Origin: Trichoplax adhaerens
Taxonomy: Eukaryota; Animalia; Placozoa
Assembly (NCBI RefSeq): GCF_000150275.1
Contig: NW_002060944.1
Location: 4,592,123 to 4,656,122, forward strand
Length of the DNA: 64,000 nucleotides
Direction: 5' to 3'
Shown: positions 24,101-36,519 of the stretch, piece after piece
How the letters are laid out: each line of letters begins with the position of its first letter
Numbering within the stretch: the stretch's first letter is position 1
The notes under the pieces: model-generated
The model's input: the letters and a program-made list of their open reading frames with translations, nothing else
Database searches by the model: none
What the model was told of the DNA's origin: nothing
Position numbers and translations under genes: made by a program

Positions 24101-27100
24101 ACATAGACAATTTACGGTGAAGTATTAATGATTGAATCAAATCAAGATATCATTGGTTTGTCCACTTTTATTATCTCACGATTCTTAAGCAATCCTGATA
24201 TTATTAAAAAGTACAGAGACTCTTCAAATCTGGAAAGCTTTTCTAATAAAAAAGGTAACTAGTGGATTAACATATTTTATTATACATTATTCGATAATTG
24301 CACTTAAAACAGTTTTAGGTCGATGAGGTTGTTGATGTAAGCAAAATCTTTTTCTAAATTAGATTTTAAAGAAGCGTTAGGACAATATGTCATCAAGCAA
24401 TTCCTGCTATTAATATTCTGTATTGATCAAGCTAAGTTAACTCGCCTTATTGATCATGATCCATGTTTATTTTGTATGGATGCAAAATTCAAGGTTGGTA
24501 TTATCAAGCTCTAATTACAAGTACTATAATTAATAGAGAATTGTATTCGATACTATGGTAAAGCGCGAAATTTCTCTAATTGCATAATTTCTATTCTATT
24601 TTTAGTCAAGTCGTGATTTACTTTTAAAGCTTTCACGAGAATATTTACGAGGCGAGGGAGATATTATTCGTCATTTAGGACAATTTGGGTATAATGTTAC
24701 TCATGTTCAAGTAAGTTATTATTAGTCGTTAATATAATAGTCTGTATTTGCATAATTTGCAATACTAAAGAATAATATAACGTTTACAACTACATTTCTT
24801 AATGATGAATTATGTATTTATCAGACACCTTTGGATGAATACAACTACGCGGTTACAAATCTAGCTGTAGATTTAAGAGATGGCGTTCGATTAGCGTAAG
24901 TAATAATAATCAATCAAGCAAAATTACAACCAATATTGTCTAATCTATACGTAAAACTCTTGGCTATACAGACGGTTAATAGAATTGTTCTCTCGAGAAT
25001 GGGGAATTACATCCAATTTAAAACTGCCTGTTAATAGCAGATTACAGGTTAGATTTATATTACTATGTATTAAAATTAAAATACCTAAGCTGATCTTTTT
25101 CTCAGGTATAATTTGATCAATATCATTAAACTGTTAATAGAAACTGAAGAATGTTCAGGAATCGCTTGCTGTACTCAAAGAGAAAAAATTACTAAACAAT
25201 ATTGAAGGTAAATATTCGGAGTAGATTTTATGATTATAAGTTCACTACTTTATGATAGTTTTATAGTATTAGCGATTATTCTAAACTCACATTTTTTATT
25301 TGTAACATAGTCAAACTGTACGGTTCCGCAATTGTGGATGGACATCGAGAGAAGACCCTTGCTTTGCTTTGGAAAGTAATTCAGCATTATCAGGTAATTG
25401 TAACTATAGCATTATCAAACAAAATAGCATACAATTTCGAAAATTTAAGTATAGGCAAAATTAAATTTAGCCTAATGATTCTAAAATAATCGATTAGGTC
25501 AATGTTATTCTCAATGAAGATCACTTACGGGAGGAGATTATTTACTTACGAAGGGAATACAGAAAGAAATTGAAGCTATTATCGCCAGATATTGATATTA
25601 GTTATACAATCCCATATAATGATATGTACGTCGATCATTTACAATTGAATTTACTATTATCATGGTGCCAATCGGTTTGCAAACTATATGGAATTGAGGT
25701 AACAGTGTAGCAATTTCTTATTTTTTACGTCATATAACACCTATTATAATTACACCTTATATTTACATTAATAGAACAATATAATTAACGCTATACATAA
25801 AGTTGTATATGTACGTACATAAATACGATTTCTATGGAACTCTTTGGTAGTTCCTGATGGTTGTATTAATAATTAATAAGATATACGTTTAGACGAAGTA
25901 ATTTGACTGTTTGAATACAACGATATTTGTCCTGCAGTGGACATAACTCTGTGTACTGTACAAAACTACACATTAACTATCCAATTACTGTAATTGTTCT
26001 AAGGCTAATTAGTACATTGATTGTTAATACTAGATTACTTGTCTTGATAAATTGCTAAACCACTGATATAAATGATTCTGTCGCGTATATTGTAATAAGA
26101 TAATATATTTACATATGCTTATAATACTATGCTAATTTTCTAATTAACAAACAGATCAATAATTTTACGGCCTCATTCGGGGATGGCCGCGCTTTATGCT
26201 GCCTTGTCCATCATTATCATCCTGGTCTTTTACCATATTCAAAAATAAGACACGAAACTACATTAACGATTTTAAACTATGAAGAAGAACCGGATGATAA
26301 TATGACAAATTTAGTTGATACCAAAGAAGGATGGTCGGCTGTCTTTAGCCCAAGTAAAAGTCAATTTCGATAGCATTTAATCACTTCAGTAATTAATTTA
26401 ATTTAACAAGATTTTTGTAAAAGTTTAGCTTCACTCAATTACAACTGTTTTTATTTTAGAGACAGGAAAAGCCTCCAAATATGATAAACTTAAAGCAAAT
26501 GAGAAATATAATTTTAACTTATATAATCATAAGGTTCGATATAGCATTAGATTTTAGAACGATTAAATTAATCTCGAATGCCCATGGTATTGTACCAGAA
26601 ATAAATATAATTTGTATTCAATATACGTATAGATACAAGAAATGAGAGGCGTTCCACTTCTTTTTAAAGCATCACAAATAATAAATGGCATCCCAGAAGA
26701 GAAAGTTATGATAGCACATCTATCTTACTTATGCTCAAAATTATTAGAAATAAGACAAGAGTCAAGAGCTGCAATCTGTATCCAAAAAGCATGGAGAAGT
26801 TATAGTGACATGAAAGAATTAATTATTCAGCAGGTATAGCTATTGACTATTCAATTCAAAGTTATGTAATTAGTAATTTAGGCAGCTTTCTATGTTCTTG
26901 TTTGATCTATCATGTTAATAACTATAAAATTTTATTTAAAAATTGCAAATAACAGAATAGAGAAACGGCTGCCATTAAACTTCAAGGTGTAATAAGAGGT
27001 TATCTCACCCGCAAAGATTGTCGAAATCGAATTAATAAAGTTGTAATAATTCAGAGTTATTGGCGTGGATATGTTGCTCGTTGCTTAGTTGAAGATTTAC

Positions 27101-30100
27101 GGCAAGAACAACTGGAAGCTAAGCAAGAATACGCTGCAACTGTTATTGAGGTTTGTAATTTGGTTGTATTTGTACTGTAAATAAATGAATTTGTAATATT
27201 ATTAGCGGAGCTATCTTTTAATAACTTCTATAAAAATTACGATGAAATTTTAGTCTGCATTCAGAGGATATATAGCCAGAAAACATTACTGTAAGCTCAG
27301 AGAAGCTATCGTTAAAGCACAATCTATTTGGAGAGGTGGTAGAGTACGTTGTGAATTAACACGACAATATCAAGCAGCACAAATTATCCAAAGGTACTAC
27401 CGAAATTCTCTCATAACTAAAGCCGTTCATGAAGAATATTGTAGAATCAAAAATAAAATCATTTTATTACAAGCTGTATTTCGTGGCTGGCACGATAGGT
27501 GTTTTGTGGCTAAATTCAGAGCTGCAATTTGCATTCAATCCCATTGGAGAGGATATCATACACGTAGAAATTTTATGAGAACAAAACAGGAAATTGTTAC
27601 TGTTCAATCTTGTGTCCGACGATGGTTTGCGCAACGAAGGCTTCAACAATATACTACTGCTGCTATAACTATACAATCGATGTATCGACGATGGCATGTA
27701 CAGCAAAATCTTCAACAACAGCGTAAAGCAGCAACTATAATACAAAAATCATTCAGATGTTATTACGTAAAACAGAAATATCGGCAGTTACAGCAATCGG
27801 CTCTAGTTATACAGCAGCAATATCGCGCTATGAGGGCAATGCAAATACAGCAGTATACATACTTAATCATACGAGGTGCTTGTATAACTCTTCAAGCTGC
27901 AATAAAAGGATATCTCGTTAGGAAACAGTACTTACTAGAGAAAGCAGCTGCTATACGAATACAATCGCATTATAGATGTTATAAGCAACGCCAAGATTAT
28001 ATAAAATTGTGTGATTCTACTATTATTTTACAACGCCGATGGAGAGCAACTTGTCTTCAACGAACTGCGATCGATAAGTATCGAGTAATCTGCCAATCTA
28101 TTCTTACCATTCAGACCTACTATCGTGGATGGGTGACAAGAAAATGCTACAATACTAAATTACGATCAGCATTAATAATACAATCTGCATATCGTCGAGC
28201 AGTATGTCAGCGATTATATCTCAATAAGAAATTTGCTGCAATAATGATACAATCTAATATTAGGCGTTGGATTAGCCATCGTGCCTATGTTCAAAAATAT
28301 CATGCTATAATGGTATTACAAGCTTTCGTCAAAGGTTGGCTAAAAGGTCAAGATGTTCGTCGAGTCTGTGATTTTTATGCAATCAGACAAAGTTGTATCT
28401 TCATTCAATCTAGAATACGTGGATATCTGGCAAGAAAGGAATTAATTAGAAAAAGAAATGCTGTCCGATGTATTGAAAATTGTTATTTGACCTACACTTG
28501 TCGATGTCGCTATTTGAATACTCAACACTCTGCTATCACTATACAACGGTGGTGGTTATCTGTTAAAAAGGGTAGAGCTTGTAGACAATTCTATCTAACG
28601 CTTACACAATCTTCAATCTTAATTCAATCCATGTGGCAAATGCATATTGCTAGAAGTCATTACATTCAAATGAGAGCGGCGGCTATCCTAATTCAAAGTC
28701 ATTATCGTCGGTATAGACAGATTAAAAAGTATACTGATCTAAAAATTGCGGCATCCATCATTCAGCAAAGATACAGGGCTCAAATTGAAATGAGAAAAGT
28801 TCGTGCAGCCTACTCAAGTAATATGCAAGCATCCATTGTTTTGCAATCGGCATGGAGAAGTTATGTAGTTAGACGTCAATATCTACAAACGAAAAGAGCA
28901 GCAACTTTAATTCAAAGTTATCATCGACGATACTTAGCCTGTAAGAGCTATAATACTATGAAAATTGCAGCAGTTGTCATCCAGCAAAGATACAGAGCTC
29001 AAATTGAAATGAGAAAAGTTCATACAGCCTACTCAACTATTATGCAAGCGTCCATTATTTTGCAATCGGCATGGAGAAGTTATGTAGTTAGGCGCCAGTA
29101 TCTACAAATGAAAAGAGCAGCAACTTTAATTCAAAGTTATCAACGACGATACTTAGCCTGTAAGAGATATAATACTATGAAAATTGCAGCAGTTGTCATC
29201 CAGCAAAGATATAGAGCACAAGTTAAGATGAGAAATGATGAAAAGGATTACTTGACTACAAAGGCCTCTGCTATTAAGATACAAGCAGCCTATCGAGGAT
29301 ATCAACAAAGAAAATCACTAGCAAAGAAACATAATGCAGCTATAAAGATACAAGCATTATGGAAAATGAATATTCAAAGAAAGATGTATCTAAGACAATA
29401 TCATGCTTGCACTATTTTACAATCTCATGTTCGTGCAACATTATTGACTATAAAAACTAGAAAGCGATATTTACAAATTTTACAATCGACCATTTTATTG
29501 CAATCAATGGTAAGGCGTTGGCATCATGTTAAACGTTATAATTTATTAAGGAGAGCTGCATCTGTGATTCAAACTTACTGGCGATTATATTGTATCCAAA
29601 AGTCTTACCAGAAGCAGCGAGAAGCTGTTATTAAAATTCAACGAAAGTGGCGTGCAACACTGCTACGCAATCACTTACATCGTCACTTCCGACAAATGAT
29701 ACAAGCAAGCTTAACTATTCAAAAGTGGACCAGAAGGTATTTAGCCATGAAACAGTACAACATCTTAAAGGCGGTTATCAAAATTCAGACCACCTATAGA
29801 GGTCATATCTGTCGCCGGCAGTTTAATCGAGAAAGATCCGCTGCTCTCAAAATACAATCAATGATAAGAATGCATAAACAACGTTGTACTTATATGCAAC
29901 GATTAAATGCTATTCATGTTATCCAAAAGTGTACTAAAGCTTATTTACTGGGTCAACAAATACGTCAAAATTTTAATTATAAAAAGATGAAAAATGCATG
30001 TACGATGATACAAACTGCTTTGAGAAGACACTTAGCTTATAAGCAATACCAACATTTACGAGCAACAACTATTAAAATGCAAGCGCAGTTTAGAGGAAAA

Positions 30101-32970
30101 ACTGTGAAAAAGCGTTATGATCAATTACGTGAGGCAACGATCACTTTACAACGCCGATTAAGAGCTAATTGGATTGCTAGATATGAATTATTGCAATATC
30201 ACTTTATACGTGGTGCTATTATAACAATTCAAAGTAAATATCGTAGCTATGTCGTTCGTAAAAAGTACTGTCAATTAAAAGATAGTATCATTAAAGTGCA
30301 AGCTAATGTCCGATGTTATCAAGAAAGGAATCGTTATTTACAACTTTTGAATGCTGCAATAATGATGCAAAGAAGATACAGAAGTAAAATTATTGCTCAA
30401 AAATTAAATCATGAGTATAGAAAACTTCGTCAAAGTGCTATTCTCATCCAAGCTGTTTATCGTGGACATTTATATAGGCGACATCTAGCTCAGCATAATG
30501 CGGCAGCTATTACTATCCAATCTTTCTATAGAGGCTATCAAGTTAGACGTAATCATGGCGATTTAGTTAATACTGTGACAAAATTGCAAGCAATGTTTAG
30601 AAGAAAAAAAGCTCAAATTTATTACAAGCAATTATTACGAGCATGTAGTATGATACAGCAAAGATATAGAGCTAAACTGGCTATGAAGAATACTGTAAAA
30701 GACTATTTGTGTAAACGAGTAGCTATTATTAGATTACAAAGTGCTGTAAGAGGCATGTTCTCAAGAAGGGAAGCTCAAAAGATTCGTTCTACAATTAAAC
30801 TTCAAGCACATGTACGCGGAATGTTGCAACGCCAAAATTACATGAAATTAAAACAATCAGCCATATTTATTCAATCAAAAATACGTAGTTTGTTAGTCCG
30901 TAAGGATTATCAACGGCAATTGAATGCTATAATATATATCCAACGTTGGTATAGAGCTAGATGTCTAGCTAATGCAACACGGTATAGCTACTTGTATACA
31001 TGCGGTGCTATTATCACAATCCAGGCTACTTATAGAGGTTACTCTGTAAGAAAATTAGTCAATAAACAGCGTGAAGCTGCTATTCAGATACAAAGTTTTT
31101 ACAGATGCTATTTTCAACGACGCCAATATACGCAATTGAGAAAGAATGCTATTCTTTTGCAAGCATGTGTACGACGGCAACAGCTTCAAGAAAGATACCA
31201 ACAAATGCAAAAAGCTACAATTATCTTACAAAATTATTACCGAGCTTATAAAGTTAGTCGTGATCAAAGAGAAAGTTATCTTTATATTCGGACCGCAGTA
31301 ATCCGATTGCAATCATGCTGGCGTGGATATAGAACTAGAAAGCAAATTGCTTTTGAAAATGCTGCTTTAACATTACAGAAGCGGTACAGAATGAAATTAA
31401 TAGGTCAAAGTATAAGAAATAATTATTTACAACTACGTGAGGCAGTTATTTGTATTCAAGCCTTTTATCGTGGCCATCAATGTAGAAAGTGGACAACTAA
31501 GCTACGTGCTTGTCGTATAATTGTAGCTCACCAGAGAGGATATATGATCAGGTTATACTTGCATAAGTATTTTCGATTGCGCTTATCATTGTGTGACTTG
31601 TATGATATTCTAGTCGAATTCTATCCGATGTAAAATTTTAATTGCGTATCTTACAACGGTACTCGTATTTATACATAGCGACGATAAAAAATAAACGTAT
31701 ATAGCTTAATTGCCATATTATTTTTTATGCAGGAAACGTATCGCTCAGCAAAATCAAGCTGCAAGATTAATACAAACCCGGTGGCGTCTGCATAATCGCT
31801 ATACGCAAGCAAATAGACGTATCGAAAGAGCTGCAACTTTGATTCAAGCAACATGGAGAGGCTATATTGTACGCTTGAACCAATTGAAGCATAACAAAGC
31901 TCTAGAAGAGGCAAGACAACGCATAAAGCAAGCAAATGAAGCTGTAACTGAAGACAAAAAGTTATCCAATCGAACAAAATCAGCATTAAGATGGCTATTG
32001 AAGCCAAACATATATATGTCAAAACTACATGAAGCTCTAAGGAATTTAGGTAAATTCTTTTACCTCGAGTACAGTTTATTTATCATACGCAGTGATAAAA
32101 GAAATAGAAAATCGTGTATTGAAGTTTTTATTTCTTTAACATTATAGATAATCCAACAAAATTTTCTCAGGTTTGCAGTGAAAATTTAGCTAATAGTGAT
32201 GCTCTGGAGATTATTTTCAAATTAATTAAATCACTGAATCATAGCGTGCCTAGCTATGATTTAAATAATGCAGCGTTGGATGTCTTAATCAACGTGGCTA
32301 ACGTAAGCATAGAATACGGATTTCATAAATACTGTACTGTATACACGTATACACTTTGAATAAGAATTATGTTGCCTAACTGATCTACACCATTGTACAA
32401 TGCATTTTTAGTTTTGATTATGCTCGAATAACAAGATTTTAAGTGACCAGTGTTTTTTTCTCCTTGATTAGTTCCCAACGTGTACACAGGCGGTTTATGA
32501 AGCGGAAAATTCAATTTCAACTATTATTCATGTCATTCATGGTTACATTAATAAAAATAATGCCATTTGCTATAAAGCTAGCCATCTACTTAAAATTCTA
32601 TTGGAATCTGGTGATAGTAAGATGAAAGTAGATGTAAGTTACTTTTTTGACGTGGGAAATAAGCCAGTTAAATACGTATATGAATTGTCTTATCTAGGGC
32701 CAGTAAGCCAAAATTTTGAACTTATAATCTAATAACGACTTTTTTCTTTATTATTAGATGTTGACGAAAGATGTGACTAGCAGTAAGAAATTAATCAAGA
32801 TATTTGAAAAAGTAACCATCAATGGAAATGGAAAACACCTTCATATTTACAATATTGGCCGAAAAAATTCCAAAATAGCTTCAAGCAAACACCTAACTAC
32901 ATCATGTTTGCTACTTGTAAAAGAATTGCTAAAAGCTCAATCTACATTTTACAGCAAGTCCATCAAGTAG
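21183..32970 (+). CDS. ASPM: Abnormal spindle-like microcephaly-associated protein (ASH domain, CH domains, ~65 IQ-like motifs, C-terminal helical region)
   Basis: ASH domain in exon 21183-21635. Conserved motifs [82 protein letters not shown]. A ~4.3-kb IQ exon spans 27254-31551, followed by C-terminal KLSNRTKSAL. Confidence 0.97.
28740..29235 (+). repeat. Recent 219-bp (73-aa, 3-IQ) tandem duplication inside the ASPM IQ exon
   Basis: cagcaaagata.ag.gc.caa at 28763, 28982 and 29201, an exact 219-bp spacing. The two full units are near-identical at DNA level. Confidence 0.95.
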
Positions 32971-34379
32971 ATAGTTATAATTTTATTACCAATAATATGA
33001 TATTCTCTAATGATGCATATCGTATTGGTTGTTATAAATTTGGATGCCTATATTTTATCTATGCATATCACTTTATTATCTTAATGTACAGATACCTATA
33101 AGATTAATATGACCCTATGTGTCTATCTTATCCTGTCCTTTTTATCATTTATTAGTAGATTATACTAAAATTAATTGTAACGTTATGAGCCTGTATTCTA
33201 TGTTAGATTAACTTGCCACTTTAATGGTTGTAAAAGTATTTAGTTTCCTTTCATTCCAAGGGTGTAGCTTAAGTAGGGGAAAATTGGGCTATTATGTTAT
33301 TAACAGAAGTCGTATAAAAATTGATTGTTAGTTTTAAGATTGCTTGAATACTGAAAATTTGAATACGACATACTCGTACATTAAAACTTTCAAAATATTT
33401 ATAAATCTTAATCTTATCTTGTTCAATCTATATTATCTCTTTATAGCCATGTTATGGGAGCTCTATCGTCTGATATCCATGATCTCTGATAACGTAGAGT
33501 AATGTATGTTGCTCTAATAAATCTAATCCATTGTTGGGAGGGTTAGCTGAGTTTATTTTGAGCTCATTCAAAGTTAAATTTTTAGCTATGAGAATTATCA
33601 ATCTGCAGACGATTGATCATTTTGTGATTATGCAATAGTTTGTTCTAATATAGTGGATAATAACCCCAACAAGTTCAATATTCATTCGCTAAGATTGTTA
33701 TCCCGTCATCAGATGTGCACAAATAACACATAGGCCTGTTAGTAGCTAGGAAGTTTTTTTCCCTTAGGTATGTTGACCAGAAACTTCAGTTCCTTAAAGT
33801 CTAAAAAGACTTTAAATTTAGATTTTTGTAAGATTTTTACGGGGTAGGGAATCCTGTCTACTCCTCCTATCACATAGATAATACAGATGTTCCAATATGA
33901 TCTACGATATGCCTAAATAAACGATGGTGTTGCATAAAAGGTAGCATAATTTATCTTGAAGTTAATCTTTGGATTATTATTTAAATAAATTATGCCTGTG
34001 TAAAGTTCACTATCGTCCTTATTGATCTCTTCTACCAATATCGAACAGTGTAACATGGAAAAGACAAGATTGATTTAAGAAGCGGCAATTTATTCAGCAC
34101 AGTATTGTTGGCTCGTAGTGGTCTTAATTTTATTGATTGTACGGTATTTTTGATGATTGATGGTTTTTATAGGATAGCTTGTAAGCCAATTTTGTAAATT
34201 TTAAAAGCTGAATTTGAACTTTTCTTAGAGATCTTTTTTACTTTCATGAGCAGGTCCTAGCATTATGAAATATTTACTTGTTATCTGCATTCTTTTTCAC
34301 TTTGTATAATGTACTATACGCGTACTATACATAATATTTAAATCTCAAATACTTCTTTACAGTACCTAACAGTAGTTAT

Positions 34380-35135
34380 TTGTCTTGCTGCCTGCAGCAT
34401 TTTTCGACTTTGCAAACGTTATTTTGATGTCATACTGAATGGATATCTCATTCATGGCAGCCACTTATGCTTACTACTTTCAGTATTTTTTTCATTTACT
34501 GCAATATACCTTTATTAAAGGGTTATCTACCTAATAGATTATTTTTGCTTGCCACCTGCAGGATTTTTCGACTTTGTACACATTATTTTGATCTCATATT
34601 GTCCCTTACTGAATGGATCTCATTCATGGCAGCCACTTATGCTTGCTACCTTCAACTTTTTTTATATTACACCATTGAGATAGCATAATTAACAGTAGTT
34701 TAAAAAGGATATCTACCTAATTACCGTTTTGCTTGGTGCCTGCATCATCTTTAGACTTTGCACATATCATTTAGATCTCATCTTGTCTCTTTCTGAAGAT
34801 CTAATACCTGTAGCCTTTTTTTTTTTGACTTTGCAAACATCATTTTGATCTTATCTTTGCCTCTTTCCTGCATGAAAACCTAATACCTGCAGCATTTTTA
34901 AAATTTTGCATCCATTATTTTGATCTCATCTTTTCTCTTACTAAATGGATATCTATAATAATAGCTGCAGTATTTTTTGACTTTGCATCCATTATTTTGA
35001 TCTCATCTTTTCTCTTACTAAATGGATATCTATAATAATAGCTGCAGTATTTTTTGACTTTGCATCCATTATTTTGATCTCATCTTGTCTCCTACTGAAT
35101 GGACATGTAATAGCTGCAGCATTTTTGGACTTTGC
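34380..35135. repeat. Minisatellite of a ~77-bp unit; young copies at 34900-35135, older copies upstream
   Basis: tccattattttgatctcatctt at 34911, 34988 and 35065. Degenerate ctgcag..tttttcgactttg..cattattttgatctcat copies at ~34390, 34555, 34740 and 34825. Confidence 0.85.
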
Positions 35136-35509
35136 ATACTGTACACATTGTGTACTGTAGTGAATGGGTGCCTTATCACTGGCAGCCACTGCTGTGCTGT
35201 ATAATTATGCTTGCTACCTGCATCTTTTTCCATCTTATCCAGTTTAATTAAGGGTACGATTGCTTGTCACATCATTCTCACTTTGTTCGTTACACCCTGG
35301 AACATAGCAAGCAGGTCTGTTTACATATGTTGATGAAGGCATACATAATTTCAACAATGATTATGCCGTGCTGATCAAATAGGCACAGTAAAAGAGGATA
35401 GAAAAGGAGTTGATTAGGTCATGGGCAATTGGGCATGGCCGTGGGAGTGGATAGCAACATCGTTGGTCCATTTTACCCCATGCTATCGCAAGAACATACG
35501 TAGCGGACG

Positions 35510-36082
35510 TGATCACCTGTGTTGAAGAGAAACTGGAGGGTATGACAGCTCATTTTGCACACATCATATCCTATTCATTGAACAGTCAGAAATGATGTCA
35601 TCATAGCAGTCATCGTACTGTACGCGTATCCCTCCCCCCATGTCAACAAAACTTAACCTGCGAGTGTCTCGCCAGGTGTACAGTATAATCGTATACGTTA
35701 TTAATTGATCACCTGTGTTGAAGTAGAGAAACTGGAGAGTATGACAGCTCATTTTGCACACATCATATCCTATTGAGTGAACAGTCAGAAATAATGTCAT
35801 TATAGCAGTCATCGTAGTGTACGCGTATCCCTCACCTCATGTCAACAAAACTTAACCTGCGAGTGTCTCGCCAGGTGTACAGTATAATCCGTATACGTTA
35901 TTAATTGATCACCTGTGTTGAAGAAGAGAAACTGGAGGGTATGACAGCTCATTTTGCACACATCATATCCCATGGATTGAACAGTCAGAAATAATGTCAT
36001 CGTAGCAGTCAGCGTGCTGTACGCGTATCCCTCACCCCATGTCAACAAAACTTAACCTGCGAGTGTCACGCCAGGTGTATAA
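35510..36082. repeat. Tandem array of a ~197-bp unit, 3 copies
   Basis: tgatcacctgtgttgaag at ~35510, 35707 and 35906. Each unit carries atgacagctcattttgcacacatcatatcc, tgtacgcgtatccctc and a cctgcgagtgtctcgccagg hairpin. Confidence 0.95.
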
Positions 36083-36135
36083 TCGTCTATAGGACCAATC
36101 AGACAACTCGATTGAAATGACGTCAATGGCCTGAG

Positions 36136-36405
36136 AAAAAGTGAAGCCGAAAAGCTCCACGCGCTATTCTAGGTTCGGATAGGAGATCGGTATCCAGTCT
36201 AATACCTAGTAGGCTATTGGTTCTCGCTGGACTAGGCCAACGCCTAGCCAGTGCTTTAGTTCACAATAGTAAACAAAGCCTTTACAAAGGTACCATTCGC
36301 CCCCTTCCACACGACAATATAAGCCCATAGACGCCGTCAACCCCTGGTCAGATTCCTTATCGTCATAAGGAATTTCCCCATAACGGCGACAAGACAAAAA
36401 TCCAT
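36136..36405 (-). ncRNA. Candidate structured non-coding RNA (~270 nt) of unknown family; alternative is a transposon terminus
   Basis: A GC-richer island that folds almost entirely into stems, including a four-way junction. Three helices have G-U pairs on the minus strand that become A-C mismatches on plus. It ends in the hairpin GUGGAGC-UUUUCG-GCUUCAC followed by UUUUU. Confidence 0.4.
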
Positions 36406-36519
36406 AGCAACAAAGTTCGATTCGACGGATTCAAAATTGGGGAGAATAAATATTCAAAGTTAAATCTTATCCGTCTACAATCGTGTAAGTCGTTATCAAT
36501 GAGCTAAAACGTTCGATTG

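Noticed and set aside
27467-32022. Antisense ORFs over ASPM (27467-27745, 31669-32022)
   Set aside because: These are shadow ORFs of the coding strand.
35564-36397. ORFs within the 197-bp array and the structured element
   Set aside because: Frames differ between repeat copies, and I recognise no homology or splice context.
36136-36405. Identification as telomerase RNA, SRP, RNase P/MRP, U1/U11, tmRNA or hammerhead ribozyme
   Set aside because: No CUAACCCU template, no SRP helix-8 motif, no CR-I/CR-V pairing, no appropriately placed Sm site, and no CUGAUGA/GAAA core.
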